Shown in pieces: positions 34,869 to 46,306 of a stretch of DNA of 64,000 bases. The stretch is taken from the NCBI RefSeq assembly GCF_000143415.4, contig NW_003314380.1, positions 144,924 through 208,923 on the forward strand. The letters run 5' to 3'. A program made the translations under genes and the position numbers. Every line of letters begins with the position of its first letter. Within the stretch, counting starts at the first letter, position 1. Source of the DNA: Selaginella moellendorffii (Eukaryota > Plantae > Lycopodiophyta). The notes beneath the pieces are model-generated. The model worked only from the letters and a program-made list of their open reading frames with translations. It had not been told where the DNA came from and searched no databases.

Positions 34869-35700
34869 AATGGCACCCGGGATATGAGAGGAGCGCCACC
34901 TTCCTAGAAAACTAGAGAGAGAGAGAGAGAGAACGGACCATATCTCCAAGGCCGAGCATGAGATAATCGCCGACAGCGTTCCCGGCGGCGCCACCGATCA
35001 AATGCCTAGGAAACACAAGCTTGACGGGCATATCGAGCTGCTTGGTGATGGATCCCAGGCCCGGCAGATTGAGCTTGTCCGCGACGGTGCGCACTGGATT
35101 GGAAGCCTGCTGCGTCGCCACGGACACCATCACATTGGCGCCAAAGAACCTCTCAGACCAAAACACCCAAAACACGTCATACACGAACAGGCACGCCAGG
35201 AGGAGCGCGCAAACTCTCACGTTTGGGAGGCGGATGTGGCACACGAACGCCACGCAGATGGAAATCCCCAGGAGATTGTTGAGCAGCCAATGCCCCGAGA
35301 CCAGCCACAGCGCGATCGCGGTCGCGGTCGCGGCCGCCACGAGCGGGGCTTGGATTCTGGGAGAGCCCAGCCGGGCGGCGTAGGGCGCGATGCAAAACGC
35401 GAGCGATGCCGCGGCCATGGCGGTGGTGAGGAGGGTAATGATCTGCGAGACGGAGGAGAAGAGGTAGAACATGAGGAGGAGGCTGCAGGAGCTGGCGAGG
35501 GGGATCATGAGCGCCTGGGAGCTATCTAGGGTTACCGACGACGCGCCGATGATCATCTCCTTGCTGCTGCTGCCACCGCCGAGCGCGATCTCATGGCCGA
35601 GGGCTCTGTGCGCCGAGGCGAAGACTACCGCTGCGGCCGTCGAGATCAGCGCCAGAGAGGACGGCTCCAGCAGGTATTGGAGCTTCCAGAGCGGCTCCAT
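34330..35700 (-). CDS. SPPL1: Signal peptide peptidase-like 1 (GxGD intramembrane aspartyl protease), 3 exons
   Basis: MEPLWKLQYLLEP N-terminus, catalytic YD (FVYDVFWVF) and LGLGD, QPALLYL|VP motif, multiple TM helices. Confidence 0.9.
34836..34931. repeat. Two (GA)n microsatellites in SPPL1 intron 1
   Basis: GA runs at about 34836-34865 and 34914-34931. Confidence 0.9.
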
Positions 35701-35779
35701 TTTCTCCTCCCTCTCGCGCGCGCGCGCCCTAGTGTGATCTGATTTTAGGGCTCTTCACATCACCCTGTTTTTAGGGTTC

Positions 35780-36160
35780 TTAGTTAACTTCCTTTCTTAT
35801 ATTGTTTTCGAGCTCGTCTTCGGTTGGGATCTTGGGGATCAACGCTGCGCGGCATTGCACGCACGGGCTCCCGTAGTAGGAGATGCTCCCTGGATGGCAG
35901 TAGAGGCGGCAATCGCTGGGAATTAGCATTTTCCTCTGCTTGAGATTGAGGAGCTGGATCGTTTGACCCGCGAAATGCCGCGATCGATCTGGGCAAATTT
36001 GCGCGAGAATTGCTGCTGGAGAGACCAGTCGATCTATCAATGTGCCAATCGAACTGGTGATTCCAGGTCTCTCAAATCGATCAATACATGACAAACCTGG
36101 GATTGTTGGTGCATCCAACAAGACACAAAGAATTGACATGATCAATCCAAGGAACCCCAT
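35780..36160 (-). CDS. Small secreted Cys-hairpin protein (CRP4), single-module relative of CRP2
   Basis: Hydrophobic N-terminus MGFLGLIMSILCVLLDAPTIP. Phase-1 donor at 36096, with in-frame acceptors at 36016 or 35989. Module CRLYCHPGSISYYGSPCVQC matches CRP2 CAEKCPKGSIVYYLDECTEC with identical spacing. Confidence 0.62.
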   Translation of the reverse strand: MGFLGLIMSILCVLLDAPTIPGLSCIDRFERPGITSSIGTLIDRLVSPAAILAQICPDRSRHFAGQTIQLLNLKQRKMLIPSDCRLYCHPGSISYYGSPCVQCRAALIPKIPTEDELENNIRKEVN

Positions 36161-36585
36161 GCAGCGCGTGCGAGAAGAAGGCGATAGCTTCAACTCCCAG
36201 AAGAAGATGGCGAAAGAAAACACGCAAGAAAAGAAGTTTATCGGGTGATTTGTGCGAGGTTTGACCCCGTGGACCGGTCAATGAAAGCTGACCACTCTCG
36301 TGCCACGCGGCACGGGCTAAATGGTCACATGCCCGGATGGATCCAACGGCTGACGCACATAGGGCCTACCTTCTAGGTATTGTCGCTCTCTTTGTAAGTG
36401 CGTGCTCGCTAGCTGCTCGTCCCTCGCGAGCTTGCCCCCGCCGTGACGATTCAACCCAGGAATTTTGCTCGCTAGGGTCAGATCGACGCGGAAAGAATGC
36501 TGACCGGGCTAAATCCGCGACGAATATGGCCTTAGATAGAAATAGGCGCTGCCGCTGCTTAGGATCATCGGGATAGCGCAAGGTC

Positions 36586-38181
36586 ATGGCGCTCTCCAGG
36601 ATCTTCCTCCTCCTCTGCCTCTTCCTCGTCGCGTCCGTGCTCACCTATCAGTCCCTGAGCGTGGCGCGGAGCTCCGCGGTGCGAAATTTCGGCCGATCGC
36701 GGGCAGCCGGCGCCGCATCGTCGGCTCTCGTCTCAATGCCGCGGGATTTCGCCAAGGCGCGGCGCAGGGAGCGGCGCTTCCACACCGCGGTCACGGCCAC
36801 ATCGGCGCTCTACAATCGCTGGCAGTGCCGGATCATGTACTACTGGTACAAGAAGTTCAAGGACGAGGCTGGATCCGAGATGGGAGGGTTTACGCGTGTG
36901 CTCCACTCCGGGAAGCCCGATAATCTCATGGACGAAATTCCCACCTTTGTGGTCGACCCTCTCCCCCCGGGCATGGATAAGGTATGCGATCACAAAGCTC
37001 TCTCTCGGGCTTCTTTGGGATTGGAGTTCCTAGCGATCGTTGACTTGAAAGCTTTTTTCTTCGTCCAGGGATACGTTGTTCTAAACAGGCCCTGGGCTTT
37101 CGTCCAATGGTTGCAAAAGGCCAACATCGAAGAGGAGTAAGTTCTTTTCTCTTGGAATCCACCGGCTGTTGGTCTTAGAATTCATTCAATGCTCATGGCT
37201 GGTTTTTTCCCTTTCCTTGTTTTCTTGTTGTCAGGTATATATTCATGGCCGAGCCGGACCATGTCATTCTCAGGCCAATTCCAAATCTTGCCATAGACGA
37301 CATGCCTGCAGCGTATCCATTCTTTTACATCACGCCCAAGTCACACGAGAAGTTGCTTCGGAGGTACTTCCCCGAAGATAGAGGACCCATTACTAACATT
37401 GATCCAATTGGGAACTCACCCGTGATCATCAAAAAGGTAGCTCCTGTTGTTTTTTTCTCTCGTTAAGCATTGGCTACGTCGCTTGCAGTCACATCTTCTA
37501 AGAGTTGCGCCGACTTGGGCGAATGTATCGCTCCAACTTAAAAACGATCCGGCCGCAGACAAAGCGTTCGGCTGGGTTCTAGAAATGTGAGCGGGAGTTA
37601 TTTGTCACTACCTGTGTTGTAATTTTCCATCTTTTACAGGTATGGCTATGCTGTTGCTTCGGCTTTGCATGGGATCCAGCACATACTGCATAAGAATTTC
37701 ATGGTTCAGGTATGTACACTCGATCTTTCTGTAAGAAACTTAGTAGACTCTGCGTTCACAGCCGCCGTGGGACGGCAAACTAGGCGAGGTGTACATGATC
37801 CACTACACTTACGGATGCGACTACACAATGAAGGTAGTGCTTTGGTGTGGTTTCCTGCGCGCACACCAGCCTGCTGATTGCATCATATGGCAGATTTCTT
37901 GGTGGTGAAATATTTCTCACGCAGTGCTGGCTACGGTTCTTTAGGGAGAATTGACTTACGGCAAAGTCGGGGAGTGGAGATTCGACAAGCGTTCCTACAC
38001 TCAGAAGGTCATGCCCCAGAATCTGACGCTTCCACCTCCAGGCGTTCCAGAAACAGTGGTATGAATGATCATGAAAGTTTTCTTTGTTTGAGCTTGTTTC
38101 TAATGCTTTGCTCTCCAGGTGAGATTAGTACAGATGGTAAATGAGGCCACTGCAAACCTTCCAAACTGGACAATGCAGTGA
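36586..38181 (+). CDS. HPAT: Hydroxyproline O-arabinosyltransferase (GT95, HPAT/RDN1 family), multi-exon
   Basis: Type II TM anchor. Motifs FHTAVTA..YNRWQCRIMYYWY, MGGFTRVLHSGKPD.LMDEIPT, YVVLNRPWAFVQWL, MAEPDH, IGNSPVII, FGWVLEM, HYTYGCDY, MVNEATANLPNW. Confidence 0.93.
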
Positions 38182-38336
38182 GTGCTGGTAAGTCCACGCA
38201 AATTCTCACTGTCGTTTGCTCAAACTGGGATTTTGGAATTTCAGCTAGGCTCGACAATGGTACATAGCTAAATTTTTGCGAAATCTAAGGACGTATAAGG
38301 AGACTGGGACCCCATTTTGTCAGCAAAGGGAATCTT

Positions 38337-39751
38337 TCAAATAAACTTCTTTCCAATCGAAGCCGTGCCGAGCAAATCGCTGGTGAGATAACCATAGTTT
38401 TTAGCCCGCTCGAATATTTCTTTCTGCCAAAAGTTGAAAAACCGCATTAAAGTTTTAAGCATCTTGCGACACCAACCTGGAGCATTTGCGTAACGTCACC
38501 ATTTGTCTGCGAGAAGAGATCTCGATTAAAAAACTGAGGTAAAGACTAGAAATCGCTCTAACCATGAGATGCAATGGTTGCCAAGTGCTTTGGCTCCATT
38601 GTTTTGGATCGAAGTTGGCATTCCATGGAACTGGCATCTTGATGCTCCTCACAGGCTGGATCAAACTCAAACTATCTGGAAATGCGAGAGAAAAGGGAAA
38701 TAGGATCTGTAAGCGTGGTTGTTTGCTCGCTTACTGGTCACGAAGGCTTCTTTCCACGAGGATCGCTCGTCCCAAGAAGGGCTGGTCTCGCTCACTGGTA
38801 TGCTCGTATCGTGACAAATCCTATCGGGAACACCGAAAGAGAAGTTGGAAGAACGTAAGCTTGAGAAAGCTTCGATTTTACTCAATGACTAGTTGCCGGA
38901 TCGTCCCAGGTAGAACTCCGTTTTCCAGGGCAGCGGTTTTGACAGTGACTCTGCCATCACTGGGGGAAAGGAAAAGGATGAGCTTAGAACGAGAAAAGCA
39001 CAAAACTTACGAGCTTAAAACAACGAAGAAATTGGATATGGATCCCTCCAGCAAGTGCTGGCCATCGTTTGAGAGGACCACTTCGGTGGCATTCTCAGGC
39101 TTGCATTGCTCCAGCACTTGGCGAGCACTGGAGAAATCACTCGTGAGAAAAGCTTGTAGGAAGAAAGATCGAAAGAGAAAAGTTTACATTACCTTACCCA
39201 TTGCGAAGACTTGGCGAGAGGAAGCGGGCGGCTAGGCCCCATGACAGCAACGCTGGCCGTGTTCACGACGATTGCAGGGACGAAGCTTGAGATATGGACA
39301 GAAACGTCGAGAGATCTCTGCGAACAGGGAATAGAAAAGGTGGAGCTTCGCCATGAAAAGTGATTACCTCATCGGAATGACGAAGATGAACAGTCACAGC
39401 GAGCTCCTCTTTCTCACTCCGTCTCTTCAATGCTTCTCCCAGTCCCGCACGTAAGGACGGATTCAAAAGCTCGGGAAGAGAATGGGAGCTGGGCGATGGC
39501 GAAAAAGTCCCGGTTCTCAAGAGGCGAAGAGACTGAGCGAGACGAGCAAGATGCCTCTCCCAGAGGAGCAAACGAGCTCCTCGATCAGCAGTCCGGGTCA
39601 CGGTGAAAGCACCTGAAAGTCGAGAGCTCCGGATAGCTTGGAAGAATTCGTGCTTACCTTCGGGATGGGAGCGAAGAAAAGACGTGACTTGCCCTGGATC
39701 ATGCTCCTGCAAAGCTCCATTCTGGACGAGAAGGCGCCATCCAGAAGCCAT
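38337..39751 (-). CDS. Class IV PLP-dependent aminotransferase-like protein (D-amino-acid transaminase/ADC-lyase fold), multi-exon
   Basis: GAFTVTRT, WERHLARL, ATEVVLSNDGQHLLEGSISNFFVV, GVLPGTIRQLVIE and WKEAFVT|NS motifs across short GT-AG introns. Confidence 0.82.
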
Positions 39752-39979
39752 TCGTGAAAATTTGCTGCCAAGATCGGGAGAAATAGCGCCACCTCCTAAA
39801 GTACTAGCAAAAGAAACAAGTCGTCTCTAGCAGTCGTGACTCGTGATCTCAGACGAAGAAAAAAAGTAATTGTTGTGCCAAGTCAAAGACAAGCTAGCTA
39901 CCAGAAGAAGCTCAAGAAACCAAAAGAAAATTTTTGAGAGTAGTCAAAGAGTTTATTCTCTCATCTCTCTTACCCCTTT

Positions 39980-40435
39980 CTAGTGGAGGTAAGCTGGAAT
40001 TTTAATGCGAATGAAGAGAACGCTCATCGCATAGGCGATCACCACTGCCGCAATTCCACCCAGCCCAAATGACATCCTCACATTCTTGCTCCAGCCCTTG
40101 TGCGTGGCCAGATCCAGCGCCACAATCCCCATTCCACCAAGAACAAACATAAATCCCGACGACAAACCCTCGATAATGTACTGCCCATTCACTCGCCCCG
40201 GCAAGAATACCACTGGACGGATCGCACCTGTTACTGGATCTTGGCGGCTGCCGATCCCTGGCGGCTCCACAATCACATCGTAGATTATCCCAGAAACTAC
40301 GAGAAAATATGATGCTAGCACCAGGAAGAAGGCTGTCATCGGCGATGGCAGCTCCGGGACCAGCGATCTAAGGCGCATTCGAGGCGGCCGAAGCCCCTTG
40401 TAGATCAGCCGCACCGCATGTTCCACTGGATCCAT
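39980..40435 (-). CDS. OSTC: Oligosaccharyltransferase subunit OSTC/DC2
   Basis: SYFLVVSGIIYDVIVEPPGIGS, RVNGQYIIEGL and C-terminal IKIPAYL; three TM helices. Confidence 0.93.
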   Translation of the reverse strand: MDPVEHAVRLIYKGLRPPRMRLRSLVPELPSPMTAFFLVLASYFLVVSGIIYDVIVEPPGIGSRQDPVTGAIRPVVFLPGRVNGQYIIEGLSSGFMFVLGGMGIVALDLATHKGWSKNVRMSFGLGGIAAVVIAYAMSVLFIRIKIPAYLH

Positions 40436-40527
40436 CGCCTGCCCCTGTTTCTAGGGTTCCGCAACCCCAATTTAGGGTTCTTGAGCCAATTTGAGGGTTT
40501 TAGGGTTCTTGCTCGTTGGCTAGTCCG
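40436..40527. promoter_or_regulatory. 92-bp divergent spacer with clustered telo-box-like motifs
   Basis: TAGGGTT at about 40452, 40473 and 40501, between the OSTC and CCDC93 start codons. Confidence 0.5.
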
Positions 40528-42841
40528 ATGGAGCGCATTGAGGATCTTCTCGTTGCTGGGGGTTACTTCCGGGCGCGGATTTCGAGTCTCTCGCCCTTCG
40601 ACAAGCTTACGGGAGGCCTGGCGTGGTGCATTGCCGCCAGCAATGTGGACGTCGACTACGATCATCTAGACTACAGCGATGATCTCATTCTTGGAGAGAA
40701 AATGTAAGCTCCGGCTTGACTTCTACGGGTTTTTTTATCGCTTTGTCTGTGGTTTAGAAAGATTGGAGAGGCGATCGAGTCGGCTCTCCAGAGAATGGGG
40801 TGTCCCTATCCTCTTCAAGCGCATCAAATCCAGGGGTTGGATTATCCGGCTGTGTTGCCAGTCGTTCAATGGCTTGTCAAGCGAGTTCTAGACACTCGCA
40901 ATGAAATTGGAGACCTGGTAAGGTTTTCTTCTCTTTTCCTTTTGTTTAACTCGTAGTTCTTGCACAGCTCCGGAGATACTCTCATTTCCAGTTCAGTAAG
41001 AACTATGAGCTGCCGATACAACATCGATCCAAAGACTATAACGTATCATTCAGTGATCTCAACAATTAGAAAACCACTCTTACTTTTCATATACAGGACA
41101 CTATACGAGCGCATGCTGAAGATCCTCAGTCGGGACACTTGCAACACATTTCTCGACAATCCAGGTTTTGTCTGACATTCTTCGTTTTCTCAACTCTTCC
41201 ATAAAGCTTCTTGTTTTTTCAGGAATTTGCAGTTGTTCTTCGACAGAAATATACGCGCGGAGTACACAGTCCTTAAATACGGGTCGAAGAGGTAAGCCTA
41301 CTTATACGCTTTGTTCTTACAAGTTTTAGATAAACTCTGTCTAGTGCTCAATCTGAAGCAGTCTCTAAGGTATGGTGAACATCTTTTACATCCGACTAAA
41401 ACCGATGAAACGACAGCAATGGGAATTGATTGAAGCTTCTGAAAGGCAAGTATAGATCTACTTGTTTCATTTGATCTCTCATAATTCCACTTAACAGCAA
41501 GTTCGATGGCGAAGTACACAATGACCCTTATGACCAAAAGGTAGGCCTGCCTGTGAGTCTGAGTTTTCTTATTTCGCCTCTTTGTAGATTGACGAATTGA
41601 GAAACAAGCTCGAACGAAGCAAAGAAAGGCTCTCGGTTCTTGTTCATGGCATCAAGAAAGCTTCTTTGTTAGATAAGCGGGATCATATCGACGAGCAGGT
41701 TTGTGGTTTTGTTTCCGCTTGAACAAAGCTTGATTTTTTGCAACTGCAGACTAGAGCAAAGGAAAGCGTTCTATCCGAAATAGCTAAGCTGCGGATGTCT
41801 TCTGATGTTTCGAAGGATCAAGACACACTGGACAACGTCATAGGAGCATTGAAGTTGTTGACGGTTTCTAAAACTCATATCACTCCATGCTCAACTGCTA
41901 AGAGTTTATTTTCAGCTTCTGGAAAGAGAGAAGGTCGCGTTTGTGGAAGCGTCTAGAGACGATCGAAACAGAATGGAGAGGCAACTAAACAGCCTGAAAG
42001 AGTCACTTTCAACGGCCGGGGAGAATATCCTTGAGAAAAAGACATGTCTTAGGAAAGTAAGTCACTGATCCTTACCGTCTCTTGCTGAAAAGATTTTTTC
42101 AGGAACTCGCAAAACTAAGTCGTGATGTTGTTGTTCTTAAACGTCGCGTGGATGATGTTCCTACACAATTGGAACTTATACAGTAAATTTTTTTCACCTC
42201 GAAAAAGTGTGAGAATGTACTTACTCCTTAGTAACAGATACGAACGATGTTTTATGGAGCTCTACGTGAACATTCAGGTGAGCTTTTTACATTCACGACA
42301 ATTTGTTTATTTTCCTTCTCTGGTGAATAGGCCAAGCTACGCGAGACTCGGAAGTATTATGCGTCCTACAATGCTCTTGTTGAAGCGAATGAGTTATCAC
42401 TGAAGGAAATATCTCTACTGAACTCGATAAATGACCAGGTCCTTAACGCAATTATCATTTCATTGTGATGAAAGACGAGATTCTATTCAATGCAGTACGA
42501 GAAGGCGATGGCAACAAGCGAGGGTCGTCCCAGATTTGTTGAATCCATGCAAGAAATATCGAAAGGGGCACAACGGGTCAGTGGCTTACTCTTTCGTTAT
42601 CCTTGCTAACTCTCGTCAACATTGCAGAAGCTTCAAAAGATGGAGAACCGCTGCTCCGAGAAGAAGACCACGTATGACAGTCTGAAAACAAAACACGGAG
42701 CTGCAGTTGCAAAACGACGTCAATACTACGCACTTTTGAAGCAACTTCAGGTAGTATTATAGATGTCGCTGATACATATCCTTCTTACGTTTCTAATCGC
42801 AGGAAGAGTTTACCCGGAATGAAAAGCTAAAGACTCAATGA
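40528..42841 (+). CDS. CCDC93: Coiled-coil domain-containing protein 93 (CCC/Commander complex), many short exons
   Basis: LLVAGGYFRARISSLSPFDKLTGGLAWCI, CPYPLQAHQIQGLDYPAVLPVVQWLVKRV, DDVPTQLELIQ|YERCFMELY, YYASYNAL..LKEISLLNSI, EEFTRNEKL. Confidence 0.88.
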
Positions 42842-42955
42842 CATCGTAAGCTACTGTCTTCTTTCTCTTTAAAAATTATATTTATCTGCTAGCGACACTA
42901 ATAAATCCCTCTAGACGTGCAACAACCAAAAACGTGTGTACATCGGAGTCTAGCT

Positions 42956-44441
42956 ATGGAGGAGAAGAAGCAGCGACCACACTTGCTAGCAGTTCCATTT
43001 CCAGCTCTGGGCAACATCAATCCTATGCTTCAACTGTGTAAGACGCTCGTATCCAATGGATTTTTCATCACTTTCTTGATCTCAAACAAAAGGGAGACTT
43101 TTATAGCTACTGAGCAACAAGCTACTGGTCAGCATTTGAGATTTGTCTACTTACCAGATGCTTTCATTCCAGAAGCCTTCTCCGTCACTACGGTTCCGCT
43201 CCAGTTTGCTGCTATCTTGGAAAAGAAGCTCAAATTGGCGGTGCCAGAGATTATTCGAGATATCATGACAGATGATTCTCTGCCTAGAGTGTCTTGCATA
43301 CTCACCGACGTAGCAATTACTAGCCTTCAAGACGTCGCTCACCAGTTCGGGATTTGCAAGGTCTCTCTTTCAACATTTTCTGCTTCGTGGCTTAGCATCG
43401 AGAATGGTCTTCTTGTGCTTGAGGAAAATGGACTCCTGCCGCTAAAAGGTACTTTTTAATCTATTCCACTTGAGTTTTTATTATATTTTTTCAGGCACTT
43501 CGAGGATCATAGATTTCGTACCCGGCCTCCCTCCAATTTCTGGACGGGATTTTCCTTCGCATCTTCAGGAAGTTCACGCCGTAGATCCCGACTTCTCTCT
43601 CCGATATACCAGGAACCAGATCATACAGAGAGACGCATTGGTGTTTATAAACTCTTTTCACGAGTTAGAAACATCTCAGCTTGACCAGCTTGCTAGAGAC
43701 AATCCACGGTTCGTTCCAATCGGTCCATTGCTCCCGTCATTTGCATTCGACGGCCAGGTTGGAGTGGACGAACTCGAGCAGGAGAGGTGTGGTTTTTGGA
43801 CTGAAGATATGAGCTGCCTCGACTGGCTGGACGAGCAGCCATCCAAATCCGTCATCTACGTCTCCTTTGGAAGCCTGGCCAGTGCTTCTCCTGACCAAAT
43901 CAAGCAGCTCTATACAGGACTCGTGCAAAGTGATTATCCTTTCCTTTGGGTGATACGACCAGACAACGATGAGCTTCGAAAACTTTTCGATGATTCAAGT
44001 TATGACAAATGCAAGTTTGTTTCCTGGGCTCCTCAACTCAAGGTAAGCTTCTTCTTTTACCTCTTTTTCTTGCTTAATATGTCGTCCACACAGGTTCTCA
44101 GGCATCCTTCCGTGGGTGCGTTTCTCACTCATTGTGGATGGAATTCTCTTTTGGAGACGATCGTTGCTGGAGTCCCCGTGCTTGGATGGCCTTTCTTGTT
44201 CGACCAGCCACTTAACTGTGCGCTCGCTGTGGAGCATTGGAAGATTGGCTTTCGCTTGCCACCGAGTCCAGATGCCACAATCGTTGAAAAGGCAGTGAAG
44301 GATATGATGGGAGAAGCAGGCCAAATGTGGAGAGACAATGTCACGAAGCTTGCCATCTCCGCGAAAGATGCAGTCTCTGATGGAGGTCTTTCACATCGAA
44401 ACTTGGAAGCTTTTAAGTGTAAAATGGAGATTGTTTCATAA
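42956..44441 (+). CDS. UDP-glycosyltransferase (GT1), copy 1, 3 exons
   Basis: [41 protein letters not shown] box WAPQLK|VLRHPSVGAFLTHCGWNSLLE...WPFLFDQ. Introns at about 43449-43494 and 44043-44092. Confidence 0.92.
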
Positions 44442-44486
44442 AACCAGATTTACTTAAACTAAACTGCCGGCAGAAGCTCTACAGTG

Positions 44487-44720
44487 GCCAGCAAAGACGG
44501 GGCAAAGATCACGACATTCGAAAGATTTCCAGCGATCCTGGACCGGAGAAGCGAAATTCATCGGCTTTACCTCGCGAAGCCGGCCCAGCCCTGGAATCGA
44601 CGCGCAAGCTCCCATTCTACCCTAGCCAAGCTTCTCCGTGAAATTCATTCAAATACAATGAGAGGTTCCTTCGAATATGCGGATGCTCTTGATTCCTAGA
44701 ATATGTTTTTTACATAGACA
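44487..44720 (-). pseudogene. Duplicate of the 5' end and upstream region of the ART-like gene (matches about 61957-62205)
   Basis: Near-identical to 61957-62205, including the MGACASIPGLGRLRE exon and its GTAAA donor. Truncated at the end of intron 1. Confidence 0.85.
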
Positions 44721-44820
44721 AGCATTGGGCCGCTGTTCTTCCTTCTTTGTTTCATCGCTGCTGGGCTCTTCTCCTCATTAGAAATGCTTAGTTTGTGGTG
44801 TTTCACTGACTGCTTTAGTT

Positions 44821-46306
44821 TTATGCCATTTTACACTTAAAAGCTTCCAAGTTTCGATGTGAAAGACCTCCATCAGAGACTGCATCTTTCGCGGAGATGG
44901 CAAGCTTCGTGACATTGTCTCTCCACATTTGGCCCGCTTCTCCCATGATATTCTTCACTGCCTTTTCAACGAGCGTGGCATCTGGACCCGGTGGCAAGCG
45001 AGAGCCAATCTTCCAATGCTCCACAGCGAGCGCACAGTTGAGTGGCTGCTCATACAAGAAAGGCCATCCAATCACGGGGACTCCAGCAACGATCGTCTCC
45101 AAAAGAGAATTCCATCCACAATGAGTGAGAAACGCACCCACGGAAGGATGCTTGAGAACCTGTGTGGACGACATATTATGCAAGAAAAGAGGTAAAAGAC
45201 GAAGCTTACCTTGAGTTGAGGAGCCCAGGAAACAAACTTGCATTTGTCATAACTTGGATCTTCGAAAAGTTTTCGAAGCTCATCATTGTCTGATCGTATC
45301 ACCCAAAGGAAAGGATAATCACTTTGCACGAGTCCTGAATAGAGTTGCTTGATATGGTCGGGAGAAGCATTGGCTACGCTTCCAAAGGAGACGTAGATGA
45401 CTGATTTGGATGGCTGCTCGTCCAGCCAGTCGAGGCAGCTCATATCTTCAGTCCAAAAACCACACCTCTCCTGCTCGAGTTCGTCCACTCCAACCTGGCC
45501 GTCGAATGCAAATGACGGGAGCAATGGACCGATTGGAACGAACCGTGGATTGTCTCTAGCAAGCTGGTCAAGCTGAGATGTTTCTAACTCGTGAAAAGAG
45601 TTTATAAACACCCATGAGTCATTTTGTATGATCTGGTTCCTGCTATACCGGATAGAGAAGTCGGGATCTAAAGGGTGGACTTCTTGAATTTGCAAAGTAA
45701 AATCCCGTCCAGCAATTGGAGGGAGGCCGGGTACGAAATCAATGATCCTTGAAGTGCCTAAAAATTAATTTAAAGAAAAAATCAACTCAGACTGGAATAA
45801 AAGAAAAACATACCGTTTAGCGGCAGGAGTCCATTTTCCTTGAGCACAGGAAGACCATTCTGGATGCTAAGCCATGAAGCAGAAAATGTTGAAAGAGTCA
45901 CCTTGCAAATCCCGAACTGGCGAGCGACGTCTTGAAGGCTAGTAATTACTACGTCGGTGAGTATGCAAGACACTCGAGGCAGAGAAGGATCTGCCATGAC
46001 ATCTTGAATAATTTCTGGTACCGCCAATTTGAGATTGTTCTCCAGAATAGCAGTAAACTCGAGCAGAACCGTAGAGGCGGATATGACTCCTGGAAGCAAA
46101 TTATCGGGTAAGTAGACAAATCGCAAGTGCTGGCCTGTAGCCCGTTGCTCTGTAGCTATAAAATTCTCCCTTTTGTGTGAGACCAAGAAAGTGATGAAAA
46201 ATCCACTGGATGCGAGCCTCTTACACAATTGAAGCATAGAATTTATGTGGCCTTGAGCTGGGACTGGAACTGCTAGCAAGTGTGGTCGTTGCTTCATCTC
46301 CTCCAT
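44821..46306 (-). CDS. UDP-glycosyltransferase (GT1), copy 2, tail-to-tail with copy 1
   Basis: PHLLAVPVPAQGHINSM, the same two intron positions, and a PSPG box ending YEQ. Frame is intact after splicing. Confidence 0.92.

Noticed and set aside
1653-46306. Glycosylation-related genes (STELLO, HPAT, OSTC, UGTs) as a biosynthetic gene cluster
   Set aside because: They belong to unrelated pathways and compartments, are interspersed with housekeeping genes, and no scaffold-forming enzyme is present.
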